Positions 1 to 13,400 of a stretch of 64,000 bases of DNA are shown in pieces. The DNA comes from Takakia lepidozioides. Its lineage: Eukaryota > Plantae > Bryophyta. Within the stretch, counting starts at the first letter, position 1. The number at the start of each line of letters is the position of its first letter. A model generated the notes under the pieces. That model saw only the letters and a list, made by a program, of their open reading frames with translations. It was not told where the DNA came from and did no database searches. The stretch lies in assembly GCA_030704615.1 (NCBI GenBank), contig CM060734.1, positions 44,888,001-44,952,000 of the forward strand, given 5' to 3'. A program made the translations under genes and the position numbers.

Positions 1-534
1 TCCACAAAGATCGGCGTATACCCACCTCTTGCATGTCGTCTCGAATGTTTTCAGTATCCTTCCAACCAAAGAGAAAACCCAACAGAGTAGTGCTAATATA
101 GACTGCCAATCAAATGATAAAACGATGGTGAACAGTATTGCAGTTGGCTCTGTCCCTGAGAATCAACAGACCAGGCACGCTTTTCGTGCCCCTCAGTGAT
201 GACGGCAAGGTGTCTTTTAGTCTGTTAGGCTGTAGTTGCTTCATACTGTGGTAGATATGGTGTGACGAGATACTCGCGCTGAGTGTCTTCTGATGGAGGG
301 GGTTTCTCCTAGGTTCCAAAGAGGTGGGGAATGATGAGGGTTTGGCATTTTGCAAGTGAAAGTACAAGGCAAGAGAGAACCCTAGAGAGCAAGGGATGTG
401 GGAGATGGCTGTGTGGGGGTGGGTAGACAGATGAGTAACGGTATTGTCGCTAACTTGTCGTTTCATTGAGAGATGGTGACAGACTGAGACAGAGCTGGGC
501 GTCGGGAGAGCTGGGTAGGGTGCATACTTTAGTG

Positions 535-2059
535 ATGACTGGAGTGGAAGCTGTGGTGAAGGGGAGCAGTGGTGATTTCAGGCGCAGCCTGCGCTCCAGC
601 TCGCGCGCGCTTCCTGTACCCACCTCGATGCAGGGGAATTTAGTCGATTCGAAGATCAAATTCAGGAAAGTAAAGAGTGTGAGTTCTAAGATAGGAAACA
701 AGTCTGCAAAAACTGGGCTCTTGTCCGGGGAGGGGAGACCTGATGGCTTGTCAAGTGGCCCAACGTCAGATGTCGAGCAAGATATGAAGACGGTTGCAGC
801 GGACCTGGGGAAGGTAAAAATGCGGGTTTCCATAGATACTATGGATATCAAGTTGAGGGCAGTCCAGGAGAGACTCAGTTTGAAGAGGGAGGGTTGGCAG
901 GTTATTTCTGTCACTGACAGAGAGGAGGGGTTGGGAAATACTGACATGGCAAATGCTGACACGGTCAGGGAAGGGTCAGGAAGAGGGAGGAGACAGAGGT
1001 CGCGTACTGGTGTTCTTGCAGCACCTCCTTCAATTCTACTTGCCTCTGAAGAATTAGATGGCGGTGTTCTAGGGGATGGGACTGTGATGGAGATAGGAAG
1101 CAATTCAGAGAGGGAGGTGGAAAGAAGGGATGGGCTGCAGAGTGCATGTGACATCTCGTGTCAATTACGACTTGGTATAGATGCTCAGGCACATGTGAAG
1201 ATAGCTACCTTGCCAATGAAAGAGATGGCTTGGAGCTTAAGTCTATTACATAGCGATACAATTGCGGCGGCCACAGAGCATCTGAAGGGGGCCGATGCAA
1301 GGCTGCGAGTAGTCATAGAAAGGCATAATCAAGGCCCCAAATTTGAACGATGCAGCAGTTGCTTTGCAGCATTGACTCGCAGCATCGTGTTCCAGCAGCT
1401 TGCCACCAAGGCTGCCTCTGCGGTCTATGCCCGTCTAGTGATCCTTTGTGGGGTACTTTCGCTGACTTCTTCTCGTCAATAAATATGCAGCTCCTTGCGA
1501 GTTCTCTTTTATAGATAGTTGCTGGGCAGAAGCTCATCTTCAGAACTGGGCGTAGGATTATAATTTTGGGTAGAAGCAGAACCTAGTATTTTGTTTTCTT
1601 CCGTTTTAACATTGGTTGTGGCAAAAGGGGGCAGATTGTGTGACGCCACAGACGGTAGCTGGGCTGACTGCGCTGCAGCTGCGGGAAAGCGGTATCTCAG
1701 GACGCAAGGCGAGCTATCTTCATGATCTGGCCCACAATTTTCTGTCAGGAGCTCTCTCTGACGACACCCTTTTGTCCATGGAGGAGGATGCACTCATGGT
1801 AGGGTTGACAGCAGTGAAGGGCATTGGAGTGTGGTCAGCACACATGTTTATGATATTTTGGCTGCATAAGGCTGATGTTCTCCCTGTTGGGGACTTGGCA
1901 GTTCGGAAAGGCTTCCAGAAGTTGTATCAGCTCAAGGCCTTACCATCACCCCCCCAGATGGAGGAGCTAGCAGCTTGTTGGCAACCTTATCGATCTTTAG
2001 GAGCATGGTACATGTGGCGCCTTCTGGATATGACTCTACCGTTTCCACCTCCTGCATAA
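535..2059 (+). CDS. DNA-3-methyladenine glycosylase (AlkA/MAG, HhH-GPD family); 2 exons: <=535..1452 and 1628..2059
   Basis: Exon 1 ends LTRSIVFQQLATKAASAVYARLVILCG at a GT donor (1453). An AAG acceptor at 1625-1627 continues in frame GADCVTP...GISGRKASYLHDLA...LTAVKGIGVWSAHMFMIF..LHKADVLPVGDLAVRKG (HhH and GPD motifs)...WQPYRSLGAWYMW. Start codon uncertain; first in-frame ATG about 535. Confidence 0.9.
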
Positions 2060-5000
2060 AGAGGAGATGCAGCCCACATCTTGTGATCAGGGTTGCATCA
2101 AGCCTTCCTTGAAATCAGGATGTTGTGGAAGAAGAAAATAGCCTTGGAGAAGATCCAAGATGATACTTTAAAAAGAAATTGAAAAGAAACATGTGATTTT
2201 CAGGTGGCCACTTTGAAGAGCCCATCCCCTGAGAACTCAAAAACCGCAGAAAAGCATAGGAACTTGGTTCCAGACATTTCTCATCTAGCCTTTGCGAAGA
2301 TTCCTGATCAGAATCCGTGATACGCTCCACCATGCATGGATGAGGATGTGGGTTCTGAATTGCTCAGTAGATCCTCCCCTAGGTTTTCTGTGGCGTGTGT
2401 TGGACAGTGGTGAAGGCCAAGGATTTTGCTATGATGTACGCATGACACATTAGAGTCCTACTCAATAATCCCTGCTACCCGCATTGTAGAAACTAAAACC
2501 ATATCAGACTCTTTGATCTCTCTCACCTGATATGCAATTCTGACCTTTTCCTCTCTCTCCTCTCCGTTCTATTTCAGCCATACTGTGGACGGGTGTACAT
2601 AAAGCTCAGAGTCCCCTATGCTTGCGTGAATGCAGTACCCGGGTACATGCCATTGGGTACCCATAGGCGGGGAGGGTCACCATCATCATCATCGTCCCCT
2701 CCCCAGCATTCCACATTGGGATTCTTTAACCCCTCCAGCTGGTCAAGAGTGAGAACACAATCCCCACAAGACTTAAACACACTCACATTCATCATCCCTG
2801 AAAGGTGTCTGGTCACTTGAGAGATCCAGCTCCAGCAATCATGGTCTAACAAAGACATTCTTATAGTCTCCCAACTGAGGAGTATGCATCTGGAGAATTG
2901 GCAGTAGTTTCACCACTCTGTTTCATCAGAGAAACAGGTCTAGAACCAGAAAGCTTAAAGGCGGGAACAAATGCCAAAAAATGGTGCCATGGAGATATTT
3001 ACAAGACATACAGGAAAAGGATCCAGTAAAATGAGTAATAAATCAACAGTGGCCTTCATGTAAAATTTCTACTGTTTCTTTCCTCCCACATGATCAGGAG
3101 TATGTATGCTTGCACCCTGGTACACACTGCAGGAAGCTACCATGACGCTTATTTGGAAAACCCACCATCTTTTGTAAAGCTTCTGGAAATAGAAAAGGCC
3201 AGCTTTATTCAAAATCATTGAAACAAATTGTGAGAACCACACCCAAACCCGCACCTTGTTAGCGAGTTTTAACCTCTTCTCCTCATTCTCCGACATCATG
3301 GAAGCAGATCCCAAAACCCTACGAATCTCCTCTTGCTGATTGCAAACCGAGTCTCATATCTTTCCAGTCTGCGAGATCCACGAGCAGGTCTTGAAAAGAG
3401 ACACGGAGTGAAATCTATGGGAGGGAAATGGACGAGGGGCAGCTGATGTAATGCCCCCTAACCGTCGTTCGCCTAATTGTCTAACCTCAGTGACTAAGTG
3501 GTGAAAAAATACCTCGCCAGGATATGAAAGTCATTCCAAGATTGCCGAAATGCTCTCAGCCTACCGAACCTTATGACGGATTGCGGAAGCAAGAGACTAA
3601 ACGACTAGTTGAACCCCCGAAAAACAAAACTACTGTAACCCTTGAATCTCTATCGGACTGGAGCAATGTATCCAACTACAACCCAAATTGCTAACAACAG
3701 ATGTGAGAACCCGAACTCATTCTAGAACCTTGTCGAATTCAACCCAACATCCAACAATCATACAATTTTCTACAAAACGAGAGTATTCCAACAACATTCG
3801 AATCCAGGTACCTTCCTACTATGATCATCGTTTCTACAGAAAAAACTAGGACCCAAGCGCTTGCATTGCCAGAGAGACTTTAGCTCATCCTGTGCACTAT
3901 CAAACTTGCACCCGGACACTTAACCCGACCAAGCGACTCTTCACCAAAGCCAGCACTCCCAGTAGCCACGTACACAAAGGCTCTCTCACCACATCTTGGC
4001 TGCTCCAATAAGCCTGATAAGCAAATCTTCCGAAGCCAAACTAGACGGACGGGTACGCGATGGATTTCACCAAAAAATTATGATTCCGAGGACGCACTGG
4101 AGAAGACTAAGTCGGTCTTAAACCTCAAAATGGCAGGAAAAACATTGGATGCGAAGAAACGAAATAGAATGGACGAGTAAAAAGTACATTGTAGACTGCA
4201 AACGTCGGGGTGCGTTCCCTCGCGAGTGGAGAAGAAGTGCATTTCACTATCACTCTGAAAGCTGCAACGCCTTGATCATTGCGACTGTTAAATGTTGGCA
4301 GAGACGCCAGACCCAAATGCTCCTTCCGCAAGCAGGCTGCAAGAGTACTGCCCTCAATAAATTCCGTCCCTATTGATCAGAAGGGCATAAATCTGAGAGG
4401 CACTTTACACTAGGGACAGCTGCCGTGACACTTCAAAAACAATTGAAGCTGTGGCGAAAGGCTGTTGGATTAAAAACCTCAGTGTCAGTTGGGCACTTCA
4501 CACACTACGGGTCAACTGACATATTAACTTACTCGGAGCAAATCGAGTACACTGCGCTTCAAAGTACCTTAAACCACCAGAAAGTCATGATTATTACAAC
4601 CTTGCTATCAGTGTTTCTCCGATACGCCTTGACTGCCTTCTTAAGGTATTCAGGCCCACCCTTCGTTGAGGCGTAGAAGTCAGAATGCCCTGGGCTCAAA
4701 GCATGTTGTTCCTGAAGCTGTTTCTACCATGTGTAGTGTGAAGCGTCGGTATATTACAGAAGCATTCACTCGGAGACAGAGTTCCGACATCAAGATGGGT
4801 GCCAGTAGAGATCAACTATACTTAGTCAAGTGATTCTGTAGAGGCATTGAAGTGAAAAACCTCCTTGTAATACTAGATCATTTTTTGGTGGAGATGATTC
4901 CCCCCATAAAGATGGGTCTTCTAACCCTCAAAGGCAATTATATTTTTGCACCCTTGACTGCAAATCCTGGAGGTTTATCCAGTCCTTTGGAAAGATCTCA

Positions 5001-5541
5001 GTTCGGGCTACAGGTTTGGTTTGCATGTCAATCAGATCGAAATCCAGGAAGATATTTGCTGTTGAGAAAAGAGTCACCGTGTCACCCAGTGACCGGCCTT
5101 GACGATTAAGAAAACCTCCATAATAAGCTTGCTACATCAACAATCTCGAAATAGAAAAGAGGATTCCCACGAGATCATCACTGTGGCAAGTACTTCAAAG
5201 GAAGAAATGAGACTCTAAAAATAAGAAACAGTAGGTACGTAACATGAAGTGCTTTTAAACAAAAGCAATAGAAAGTCCATCCTAAGATTATTGATATGAG
5301 CACTAAAAGAAACCTAAAAGCAAATCTATTTTAACTTGACTACTTTATGAACTGGTATAAGAGGGCTTATCGAGGTACAACAGTTCTTCTATCTCACTTT
5401 GTTTGTTTCAAAGTTCACGTGCTAGGTGAGATTCTTGACTATCGACGAAAGTTGTTTTATGATCCCAAGTTTCAGCTCTCATATCTTGTGGAGGTAGCGT
5501 TTGTTGTCATTCAACTAGTTGCAATATATTACCTACAAGCC

Positions 5542-6189
5542 ATGGCGTCAATCACTAGCAACCGTAGCATGACTGCCAAGACCATATATCAGCAGCGGGT
5601 AGATCTTTTGCCATTGATGATTGTTACTACTTGGGCGATCATGCTAGTAAGTCCAACCATGGCGGTTGCAGTCGCAAAGTTTGTGTATCCGGTGCCAGAC
5701 AACCTAGTTCCCCCAAACCAAAACAAAGTGCTCAATTTCTTTTTGCACGATGACTTGATGATTGGGCAGAATTCCAGTGCCATAACTATGGTGATGCCAG
5801 TGGCAGGATTCAATTCGACGTCACTAAAGAATCAAAGCTTCTTTGGATCGATTGTTGTTTTGGACGATGCTATCACTCAAGAGGCTGATTCTAACTCACT
5901 CGAATTGGGTCGAGGTCGGGGCTTCTACATTTGGGATGCAATGAATATTACTGGCCCGGGCATTGAGTTTGTGTTCACGGCAGTTTTCAATGAGGCCAGT
6001 GGATATGGCGGCAGCACACTGAGCTTCCGAGGTCATGATGTGGTAGTTGATCCGGTGCGAGAGCTGTCTATCAGCGGTGGTACTGGAGAGTTCCGTTTGG
6101 CTCAAGGGTGGGCTGTCATCACCACCTACACGTTGATCGGCGGAGCTGCAAATCTCAACATCACGGCCTATGTATTTACTGGTTGCTGA
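5542..6189 (+). CDS. Dirigent-like protein (copy 1), 215 aa
   Basis: Hydrophobic N-terminal segment, then LNFFLHD, FGSIVVLDDAIT, GRGRGFY, RELSISGGTGEFRLAQGWA dirigent motifs. The ATG at 5542 is preferred to 5347 because a TATAA lies at about 5357. Confidence 0.9.
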   Translation: MASITSNRSMTAKTIYQQRVDLLPLMIVTTWAIMLVSPTMAVAVAKFVYPVPDNLVPPNQNKVLNFFLHDDLMIGQNSSAITMVMPVAGFNSTSLKNQSFFGSIVVLDDAITQEADSNSLELGRGRGFYIWDAMNITGPGIEFVFTAVFNEASGYGGSTLSFRGHDVVVDPVRELSISGGTGEFRLAQGWAVITTYTLIGGAANLNITAYVFTGC

Positions 6190-6270
6190 CTCTGTAGTGC
6201 AGCTTGGGCTATACCATGTCCCAAGAATGTTTAGATATTAAATTGGACCAACCTTCTATCGAAACAGTCA

Positions 6271-6496
6271 GTAGCTCAATTGGATAGTGCACTGAATGCT
6301 AGCCAGATGGTTCAGGGTTCAAATTCTTCTATTTTGATGTGTGGGGTATGTTCTCTTCCCCCTTCTCTTGGGTGGTGTCCAATTCGGACTCCTTCATGGC
6401 GAGGTTACTGTGAAAGAGGTTGTTTTCTCCTCTCACTATTAAGGGGCCTGATTTGTGAGCGGTTGTGGCTCCCAGATGTTTCCTTTTAAAAAAAAA
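6271..6496 (+). mobile_element. tRNA-derived SINE
   Basis: A-box TAGCTCAATTGG, B-box GGTTCAAATTC, ~225-bp body, A-rich tail; homologous copies at 7191, ~14350 and ~60445 (minus). Confidence 0.7.
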
Positions 6497-6694
6497 CAAC
6501 TGAGGAATTTGCGTGTTTTAAAGATGCCCATTAAGGAACTGAGGAATTGGCTCCCAGGTCTTTCCTTTAAGAAAACAAAAAAAAAAAAACAACTGAGGAA
6601 TTTGCGTGTTTTAAAGATGCCCATGAAGGCCCCTATGCTTGATGAACATGTTACCCTATAGGCATGGCTTTTTCTATGCGAAACACACCGCTGA

Positions 6695-6922
6695 TTAGGT
6701 TTGTGCCCATATCACATATCATTTCTCAATGCGAAATTCAGTTTGTGCCCATATCAATATCATTTCTCATTGTGAACTCCACCTAAACTATCATTTCTCA
6801 ATACGAAATTCAGTTTGTGCCCCTAGCACATATAATTTCTCAATGCGAAATTCACCGAAACCATCATTTCTCACTGCGAAATTCAGTTTGTGGCCATAGC
6901 ACATATCATTTCTCGATGCAAA
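6695..6922. repeat. Degenerate ~40-bp tandem repeat (CAGTTTGTGCCCATATCACATATCATTTCTCAATGCGAAATT-like)
   Basis: About 4-5 imperfect units visible. Confidence 0.7.
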
Positions 6923-7129
6923 ATAATAGGATTTCTGGCTACACTACTGAAGGTTTCGCCTTGCTAAATTGGCACAGATGTACCATACAAATGCACTAAA
7001 AACTATACCCACTTATGGTTTTATTCCGTTTTGAAAACACATAACTCCTATGTCCGAGCTTTTAAAACATAAAACTCCGATGACCATGGGTTGTGCTCAT
7101 GCGAGCACAAGATACCAACCCCCTGGACT

Positions 7130-7785
7130 GAAACTCGTGAAACCCTTGCCCGCCAGTTCTTTACCCTTCACATAAATTATATCAACCGTTGGTAGCTCAG
7201 TTGGATAGTGCACTGAGTGCCACCCAGATGTGTCTAGGTCAAATCCTGCTACCTTAATGGCTGTGGTATGTTCTTCTCCCTCTTCCTTTGGGCAGTGGCC
7301 CATGCTAAAGCCTTCACAGAGAGGCTACTCTGAAAGAGGTTATTTTTTCCTCTCACTGTAATTAAGGGGCCTGATTTGTGAGCTGTCGCTCCCAGGTGTT
7401 TCCCTTTTGAAGGGGAAAAAAAACAATTTACGCTTTCCTTCATGAGGCGACACACTTTTTACTTTTTCTCACTTTTTGTCAAAGGATAAGGTACTATTCC
7501 GCCCTCGTCTCTACAGGGGGCTTCAACTCGTGAACCCCCTTTCCCCGTTTTACCTTTCACATAAAAAGTTATGCTTTCCTTCAGGAGGCATCATACTTTT
7601 TACTTTACTTTATTTGTTTTCAAAGGATAAAGGGTACTATTCCCCCTTAGTTCTATAGGGGGCTTCAGATGGTGAACGCCTTTCCCCGGTTCTTTACCCT
7701 TCACATCACATATATTACGCTTTCTTCAGGAGGCGTCATACTTTTTACTTTACTTTATTTCTTTTCAAATGATAGGGGTACTATA
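7130..7785. repeat. ~145-bp tandem repeat x3; first unit split by the SINE
   Basis: Recurring GTGAACCCC..TTTACCCTTCACAT..GCTTTCCTTCAGGAGGC..CTTTTTACTTT..CAAAGGATAAGG.TACTAT. Confidence 0.7.
7191..7423 (+). mobile_element. tRNA-derived SINE (second copy), inserted in a tandem repeat unit
   Basis: GGTAGCTCAGTTGGATAG...GGTCAAATCC head, shared 3' body AAGGGGCCTGATTTGTGAGC...CTCCCAG, A tail. Confidence 0.75.
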
Positions 7786-8822
7786 TAGGTCAGGTCTTGG
7801 AATACTTGACTCAATCCCAAGACTAGGGGCTCCTAACTAGTAACCAGGATGAATAGCCTCCTCGACCAGGCGTGAACAAAATATTGTGGTTGGAAATCCT
7901 GTTGCAACTTGCCTCTTGATCTGTGGATCCATGGGCCTTGGAAGTTGGGGGTCTGTTGTCAGTCCCTGAATGAAAAGTCTGCTCAGTAGAGACAATGAAC
8001 ATAAGACTAATATACTGTAGAATTTGGGGCTGTAGGGGGCACACTCGCGACCGTGGCTGTTGTCAGTCTAGTGTTGCTGCTCCTGTCGATGATTGTCTGC
8101 ATCAAGGCTGCAGTTGCCTTGGCCCAGGAAACAGCAAGTGCAGAATGACCTGGAACCTGTGTCTGAGCGTTTAGTAGTACTGCCCATCATTACGTACTCT
8201 GTCACATTATTGTACAGTCACTGCGCATGGAGAGTTGGCTGTTCTAAAAGTGAATTTTGATTTGTGATTGCGAATTTGAGGCGATACATCTGTCCACATA
8301 TGCAGCAACCGGGTGAGGATCATTATCAGCCCTCTGTCGATTAGGGGATCGTACGTTGTTTGAAGAGAATAAAAATGTGGTGGCCAGATATATGATAGTT
8401 GAAGAGAATATGATAACCATCGCCCAACACTGGTGTGCAGTTATCTGCACCGTGCAAACTGTATAGACTTGTCAAAGCTTTAGCTGTAGAACCCAGTTGC
8501 ATCGAGCTCAAACTTAGTTTCTTCATGTGAGAAGTTGCAAATTTTGTGAGTATGTTGTGAGGAACCAGGCTCATATAGAAGGAGATGACAGATTTGCACA
8601 TGAGCTGGATCCAGCTCAGATCTCAGACCTCCAGAGTGTAACCCTGGAGCGTTTTTCAATAACTGCTAATCGTTGCTGTCAATACAAATCGATTCAAACA
8701 TTAATCCAACTACCAGTTTATTGATCAGTGGTAGCATCCACACATGTTTCGAAATCCCCTAAGTAACAACAATGCTCAACTCTAATGTGAATCTGCATCT
8801 GTATACAAAATTGATCATTAAA

Positions 8823-10406
8823 TTACATCGTTTTCATCAGATTTGAGGAAGTTGGCACCTCCACGGGTAGCTGGTCTATGCAATCCGTCCAAGGGCCCAC
8901 AGTAGGACGCTTCACGCTGCGGAGAGCTCGCCAGACTGCACTATTACACTTGAATCCAGAACCGAACGCAATTTGCCACACCCGATCGCCTCGTCTAACT
9001 CTGCCCTTGGCCTCGGTGTACGCCAGCTCGTACCATGGGGAGCTGCTGGAAGTGTTCCCAAATCTATAAAGGGTCATGCGTGAGGGCTCCATGTGCCATT
9101 TAGTCAGCTTCAAGTTTTTCTCGATCTCATCCAAAACAGCTCTCCCTCCTGCGTGAATACAGAAATGCTCGATTGCGAGCGTGAAGTCGGGGATGTAAGG
9201 CTTCATGTTCATATTGAAAACCTTACGACCAACCAGGTTGGCAAAAAAGAGAATCTGCTCAGATAGAGGCAGGATTAATGGGCCGAGCGTCGTGATGTTC
9301 GCTTTCAGAGCATCTCCAGCGACGCTCATCAGGTCGCGTGATAGGGACACCCCTATAGCGCCGGTGTCGTCCTCCTCTTGATATACACACTGAAAGCACT
9401 TGTTATCAGCCCCCTTGTGGGTTCTCATGGTGTGCACTAATTCATACTTCGCCCTTCCCCTAAGGCTCCTTTTGTTGGAGAGAAGAATGGCGGCACCTCC
9501 CATGCGAAATAGACAATTGGACACTAGTTTCGAACGATCGTTCCCAAAGTACCAATTAAGAGTTATGTTCTCGAAGGACATCACAATGGCATACGAGTTC
9601 CTGCGAACTTGAAGCAGGTCCTTGGCTAGATCAATGGCTATCACACCAGCACTACAACCCATGCCTGCAAGGTTGATGCTCTGAATATTGCCTCGCATCT
9701 TATAATGGTTCACAATCATAGCTGAAAGCGATGGGGTCGGGTTGAACAAACTGCAGTTTACCACCAAAACTCCGATATCCTTTGGCCTCACTCCGGTCTT
9801 CTGAAAGAGTTCGTCTAGGGCGCCAAACATCACCGTCTCGGCTTCCAGGCGAGCTTCTTTCATGCAAGGATTGGGAGGAACACTTAAAACAGCCCTGGGA
9901 AGATAAGTCTCCTGGCCCAAGCCCGACCGCTCTACTATCTTCTGCTGAAACTCTAGGTTCTTCTCGTTGAACGCCCCGCATTGCACCGAGCGTTCAATAA
10001 ACAATTCTCTAGGGCACTTTCTCTCATCCTCTGGCTTGTAGCAAGCAAAGTCCATCAGGTAGACTGGGGAAGCCCTGGACATGAAAAAGAGGGTTCCTCC
10101 AAAAACCAAAGCTCCAGAACACAGCAGCACACTGACAAGATTGTACTGCAAATGCTCCCACAGCTGCACGATGTCTTCTAAACCCAGTCGACCGATTTCT
10201 GCAGCAATCATCACCACTACTGGAACCATTAACAGGTACATTGCGTGCGTGATAACATGGTGGTAACCGAGCTTCACATACTTCAGGTGCACAGACTGAA
10301 GAAAGTCTGGTAGTCTTGGCCTGATTTTGATTGTAGTAGTTGAGGATCCATGTCCAGTCTTAGAGACCGTCTCCACAGTGAATCTGTCGCCTTCTAGAGT
10401 GCCCAT
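8823..10406 (-). CDS. KCS: 3-ketoacyl-CoA synthase (FAE1/KCS very-long-chain fatty acid elongase condensing enzyme), 527 aa, intronless
   Basis: [18 protein letters not shown], two N-terminal TM segments, [19 protein letters not shown] (catalytic Cys), [30 protein letters not shown]; ATG at 10406. Confidence 0.97.
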   Translation of the reverse strand: MGTLEGDRFTVETVSKTGHGSSTTTIKIRPRLPDFLQSVHLKYVKLGYHHVITHAMYLLMVPVVVMIAAEIGRLGLEDIVQLWEHLQYNLVSVLLCSGALVFGGTLFFMSRASPVYLMDFACYKPEDERKCPRELFIERSVQCGAFNEKNLEFQQKIVERSGLGQETYLPRAVLSVPPNPCMKEARLEAETVMFGALDELFQKTGVRPKDIGVLVVNCSLFNPTPSLSAMIVNHYKMRGNIQSINLAGMGCSAGVIAIDLAKDLLQVRRNSYAIVMSFENITLNWYFGNDRSKLVSNCLFRMGGAAILLSNKRSLRGRAKYELVHTMRTHKGADNKCFQCVYQEEDDTGAIGVSLSRDLMSVAGDALKANITTLGPLILPLSEQILFFANLVGRKVFNMNMKPYIPDFTLAIEHFCIHAGGRAVLDEIEKNLKLTKWHMEPSRMTLYRFGNTSSSSPWYELAYTEAKGRVRRGDRVWQIAFGSGFKCNSAVWRALRSVKRPTVGPWTDCIDQLPVEVPTSSNLMKTM

Positions 10407-13400
10407 CGATGCACAACTAAGTGAAAAAATCTGGTGAACTTTAGGGACCACTTAAAAATAACCGGGAGGTACTTTGAGAAAGGCAATCACATGAAGAAAA
10501 AATTGACACTAATGCTGGCCAACGAGAGCGGAAATCGCGCAACGGATTTTTGAAGAATAAGTGACTCCTACCCTTGCATTCTACAAACCACTTTGGAAGG
10601 CATATGCAGAATGCATCGATACAGTTCGAAATCCCCGTCCTTGTTCAGTAGGTTCCACTGTCTACAACGCTACTGATTTAAGAGAGAGAGACGAGTGATA
10701 TCAACAGAGCACTACAGAATAAATCTTAAAATGATCACCCCACTCAAACATCAAACAGCTAACTCAGACAACCACAATGTAGCAGTTGAGACCCAGCAGT
10801 GCGCTCTCTCGACACAAAACTATAGAATCCCCTAGCAACGAAGCTCTTTGGCCCTCTTTGGGTCAATGGCCGTGAGGCAATGGCGAGCCAAGTTACGTCC
10901 GCAGGGAACGGCATTCATGAGTACATTCTAGAGCTACCAGTCTTTCTGAAGAGACTATTCCCAGGGCACATGTCAAGTAGGTCTATATAGGAGTATGTAC
11001 TGTGTACAAGCCGGAGAGAAAGAGGGCAACACTCTGAATGGGCGAAGGGCACTAGGAAACGACTGCGAAGAGAAATGCGTGTACACAGACGCTCATGAGC
11101 TGGGGGTCCAGAAGATATAGCTAGAGACGACAAAATGGGAAGGAAAAACGAAGGTTGATTGTGGAGTTGAGTGCCTCCAAGTTGTCAAAGCATTACCTAG
11201 ATAGCATTACTGCCAGTAAGATGAAGACCACCAGGCAGGTGTTGAGGAAGAAGTGAACTCTGATTAGGAACTAGGATCTCCACTCGGTTGCCGATACTTG
11301 AATCTCTCTGAAGCGAGAGACTGCAGAGATAACGGACAGGGGGGTGGGCGGGGAATGGAGAGAAACTTAACCAACTTATCAAGTCGTGCACGTACAGCAG
11401 AGACGTCAGAGAGTAGGTACTAGCTGCCACCATACAGCTGTCCTTTACTTGTTCTTCTCTAAATATAACTAGTGCAGCTGCACTCAAGCGTGAATGATGT
11501 CATAGCCAAGTGTGAATACGGTTTAGCTACAGACTTGACCATAAACCTGCGCTTTATGGCGTGGGCAATGCTATGCGCCTCCGTTTGGAGTACAGGATCA
11601 CCATCATTCTGGCATCATAAATTCATCGTACCAACTTCCTCGTCCACGATGACGAAGGAAACCCACCATAATCTACATTCAACAGCGGCCTCAGAGGGAA
11701 GCAATTACAACTCAGTGGACACTGGAGACTGGAGACTGCAGTCTGGACATAAGACATAGAACTTAATCTACTCGGTGCTAGGCTCATAGAGCATGCACTT
11801 CCATCACCGCTGTGATGTGTGCAAGGCGCTGATAGGGTAGAAACACCCGTGTGGTGGGGCAGACACCGATTTTGTGGTGCACACATGTACCTCCATGGCG
11901 CCCCCATTTTGGAGATGTGGCAGAGCATATTTAAAAGCTGGGTGCACTACCTTTTAGGAATGAAAACCTTTGCTTTACACTCAAATTACCCTAGGTTATT
12001 GAACTCTATTGAAAATTGTTCCAAGTACAAAATGATGAGGCCCATAAAGAGCTTTCCAGTGGTATCTTTCTTTTCTAGAATGGTTACAACCCAAGTACCA
12101 ACAATGCAATTTAGCAGCAGCACCTGTTATGGTGACTTGTGAACCACCCAAATTACTCTAAGTACATGAGGTCTATTGACAATTGTTCCAACTACAAAAA
12201 GATGGGGCAGATGGAGAGCGCGGCTTTCCAATGTATCTTTCGCTTCTGGAATGGCTGTAATTACATGTTCCAAGGAACAAGTGCGCCACAATAGAGACAA
12301 GGTATGCCATAGTTACAACAGGATTTCCTCTTCTTACGATGAAGGCAGAATTTCTGTGCAAAAAGGCAGAATTTCAACTAAAGAAATCTGTCCTCGCTTT
12401 CTAAGTACCAAGGTATTACCTGACCTTATAGACAGATAGTTCTACTTGTACATGATATTTTACTAGCCTGTTGCGCCACCGCTGGTGTTCTAGTTTCTAG
12501 TTTCTACCCTAGCAGCAATGCCAAGCCAGGGAATGCCATGGGATGCATGCCTCTGTTTTATTAAACGCGGCCAGCCTCGCTCACGCGGTCTGGTCTTCCT
12601 TCCATACATATTAGTGCTTCATGCAATAACTAGTCATGAACTAACCAATCGGGTGACCATCTCACTGTCTCGCACGAGGGGGTTTGGGCTAGAGCTCTTA
12701 TGAACTTGCGGACTCTCCGTGCAACATGCGTCAATAACTAGTCGCTATTTTAACATAGTTAGCTGTTAGCTATAACCCAACCAACGTTATCAGACACAGT
12801 TGTCTCTACTCTCATCTGTACAAGAAAAGGAGTCACTCCGCATTCATCTGGCTCGGACGCGAAGATCTAGGCTACTTTAGGTGCATCTTGCAAACCCAAC
12901 TTTTCATAGAGGGCATATGTAAGTACACTGACACCGCAATGTGAGAGGACTGCCGAGAAGCGAAGGAATTTATGTTATGAAATCGAAGGTCCTACAAACA
13001 AACCATCTTATGTATAGCTACAAGCAGTGATCAAAAGAACAAGATGTGAAATTTATAGCGAAGCTTCAAGCAACTACATAGTATTCTATCACCACCACCT
13101 ACTTGCAATCCCACTGTACCACCTACAAGAGTGTGTGCTCATAATTAACTATGAGAGCCTGTAAGGATGAGTACTAAATGAGTACTAATGACCGAACTAG
13201 CTTCAAAAACAAATAAAGTCATGTGCCGGTGTTGTCAGAACAGCAGCTACACCCCAGGTATCTTTAGCTCAGCCGTTCATTTACGTGCGCCTGCTGTAAC
13301 CACCGGCTGATGCTACCATACACATTCAGTTGTCACCAATCAGTGCAGACCAGAAACAGCAGGCCATGAGCTTGTATGCCTCACTCCTCCTGTGCAGTAG

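Larger units (their letters stand above)
4754..6530. repeat. Left arm of a ~1.8-kb inverted segmental duplication (partner 60410-62181) containing the dirigent gene and a SINE
   Basis: Direct reverse-complement match, near-identical over about 5104-6227 and more diverged outside. Confidence 0.9.

Noticed and set aside
535-2059. Functional link between the alkylation-repair glycosylase and the TE methyltransferase
   Set aside because: It is an ordinary spliced host gene 17 kb outside the element. DNMT off-target damage (3-methylcytosine) is associated with AlkB-type repair, so proximity is probably chance.
5347-5541. 65-aa N-terminal extension of the dirigent ORFs
   Set aside because: Overlaps a TATA-like box and precedes the signal-like segment; likely promoter and 5' UTR.
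6271-6345. Functional tRNA gene (also at 7191)
   Set aside because: No proper acceptor stem and followed by a shared body and A tail; better explained as a SINE head.
5542-10406. Dirigent-KCS biosynthetic gene cluster
   Set aside because: Only adjacency supports it; no other pathway enzymes in the window and no expression data.
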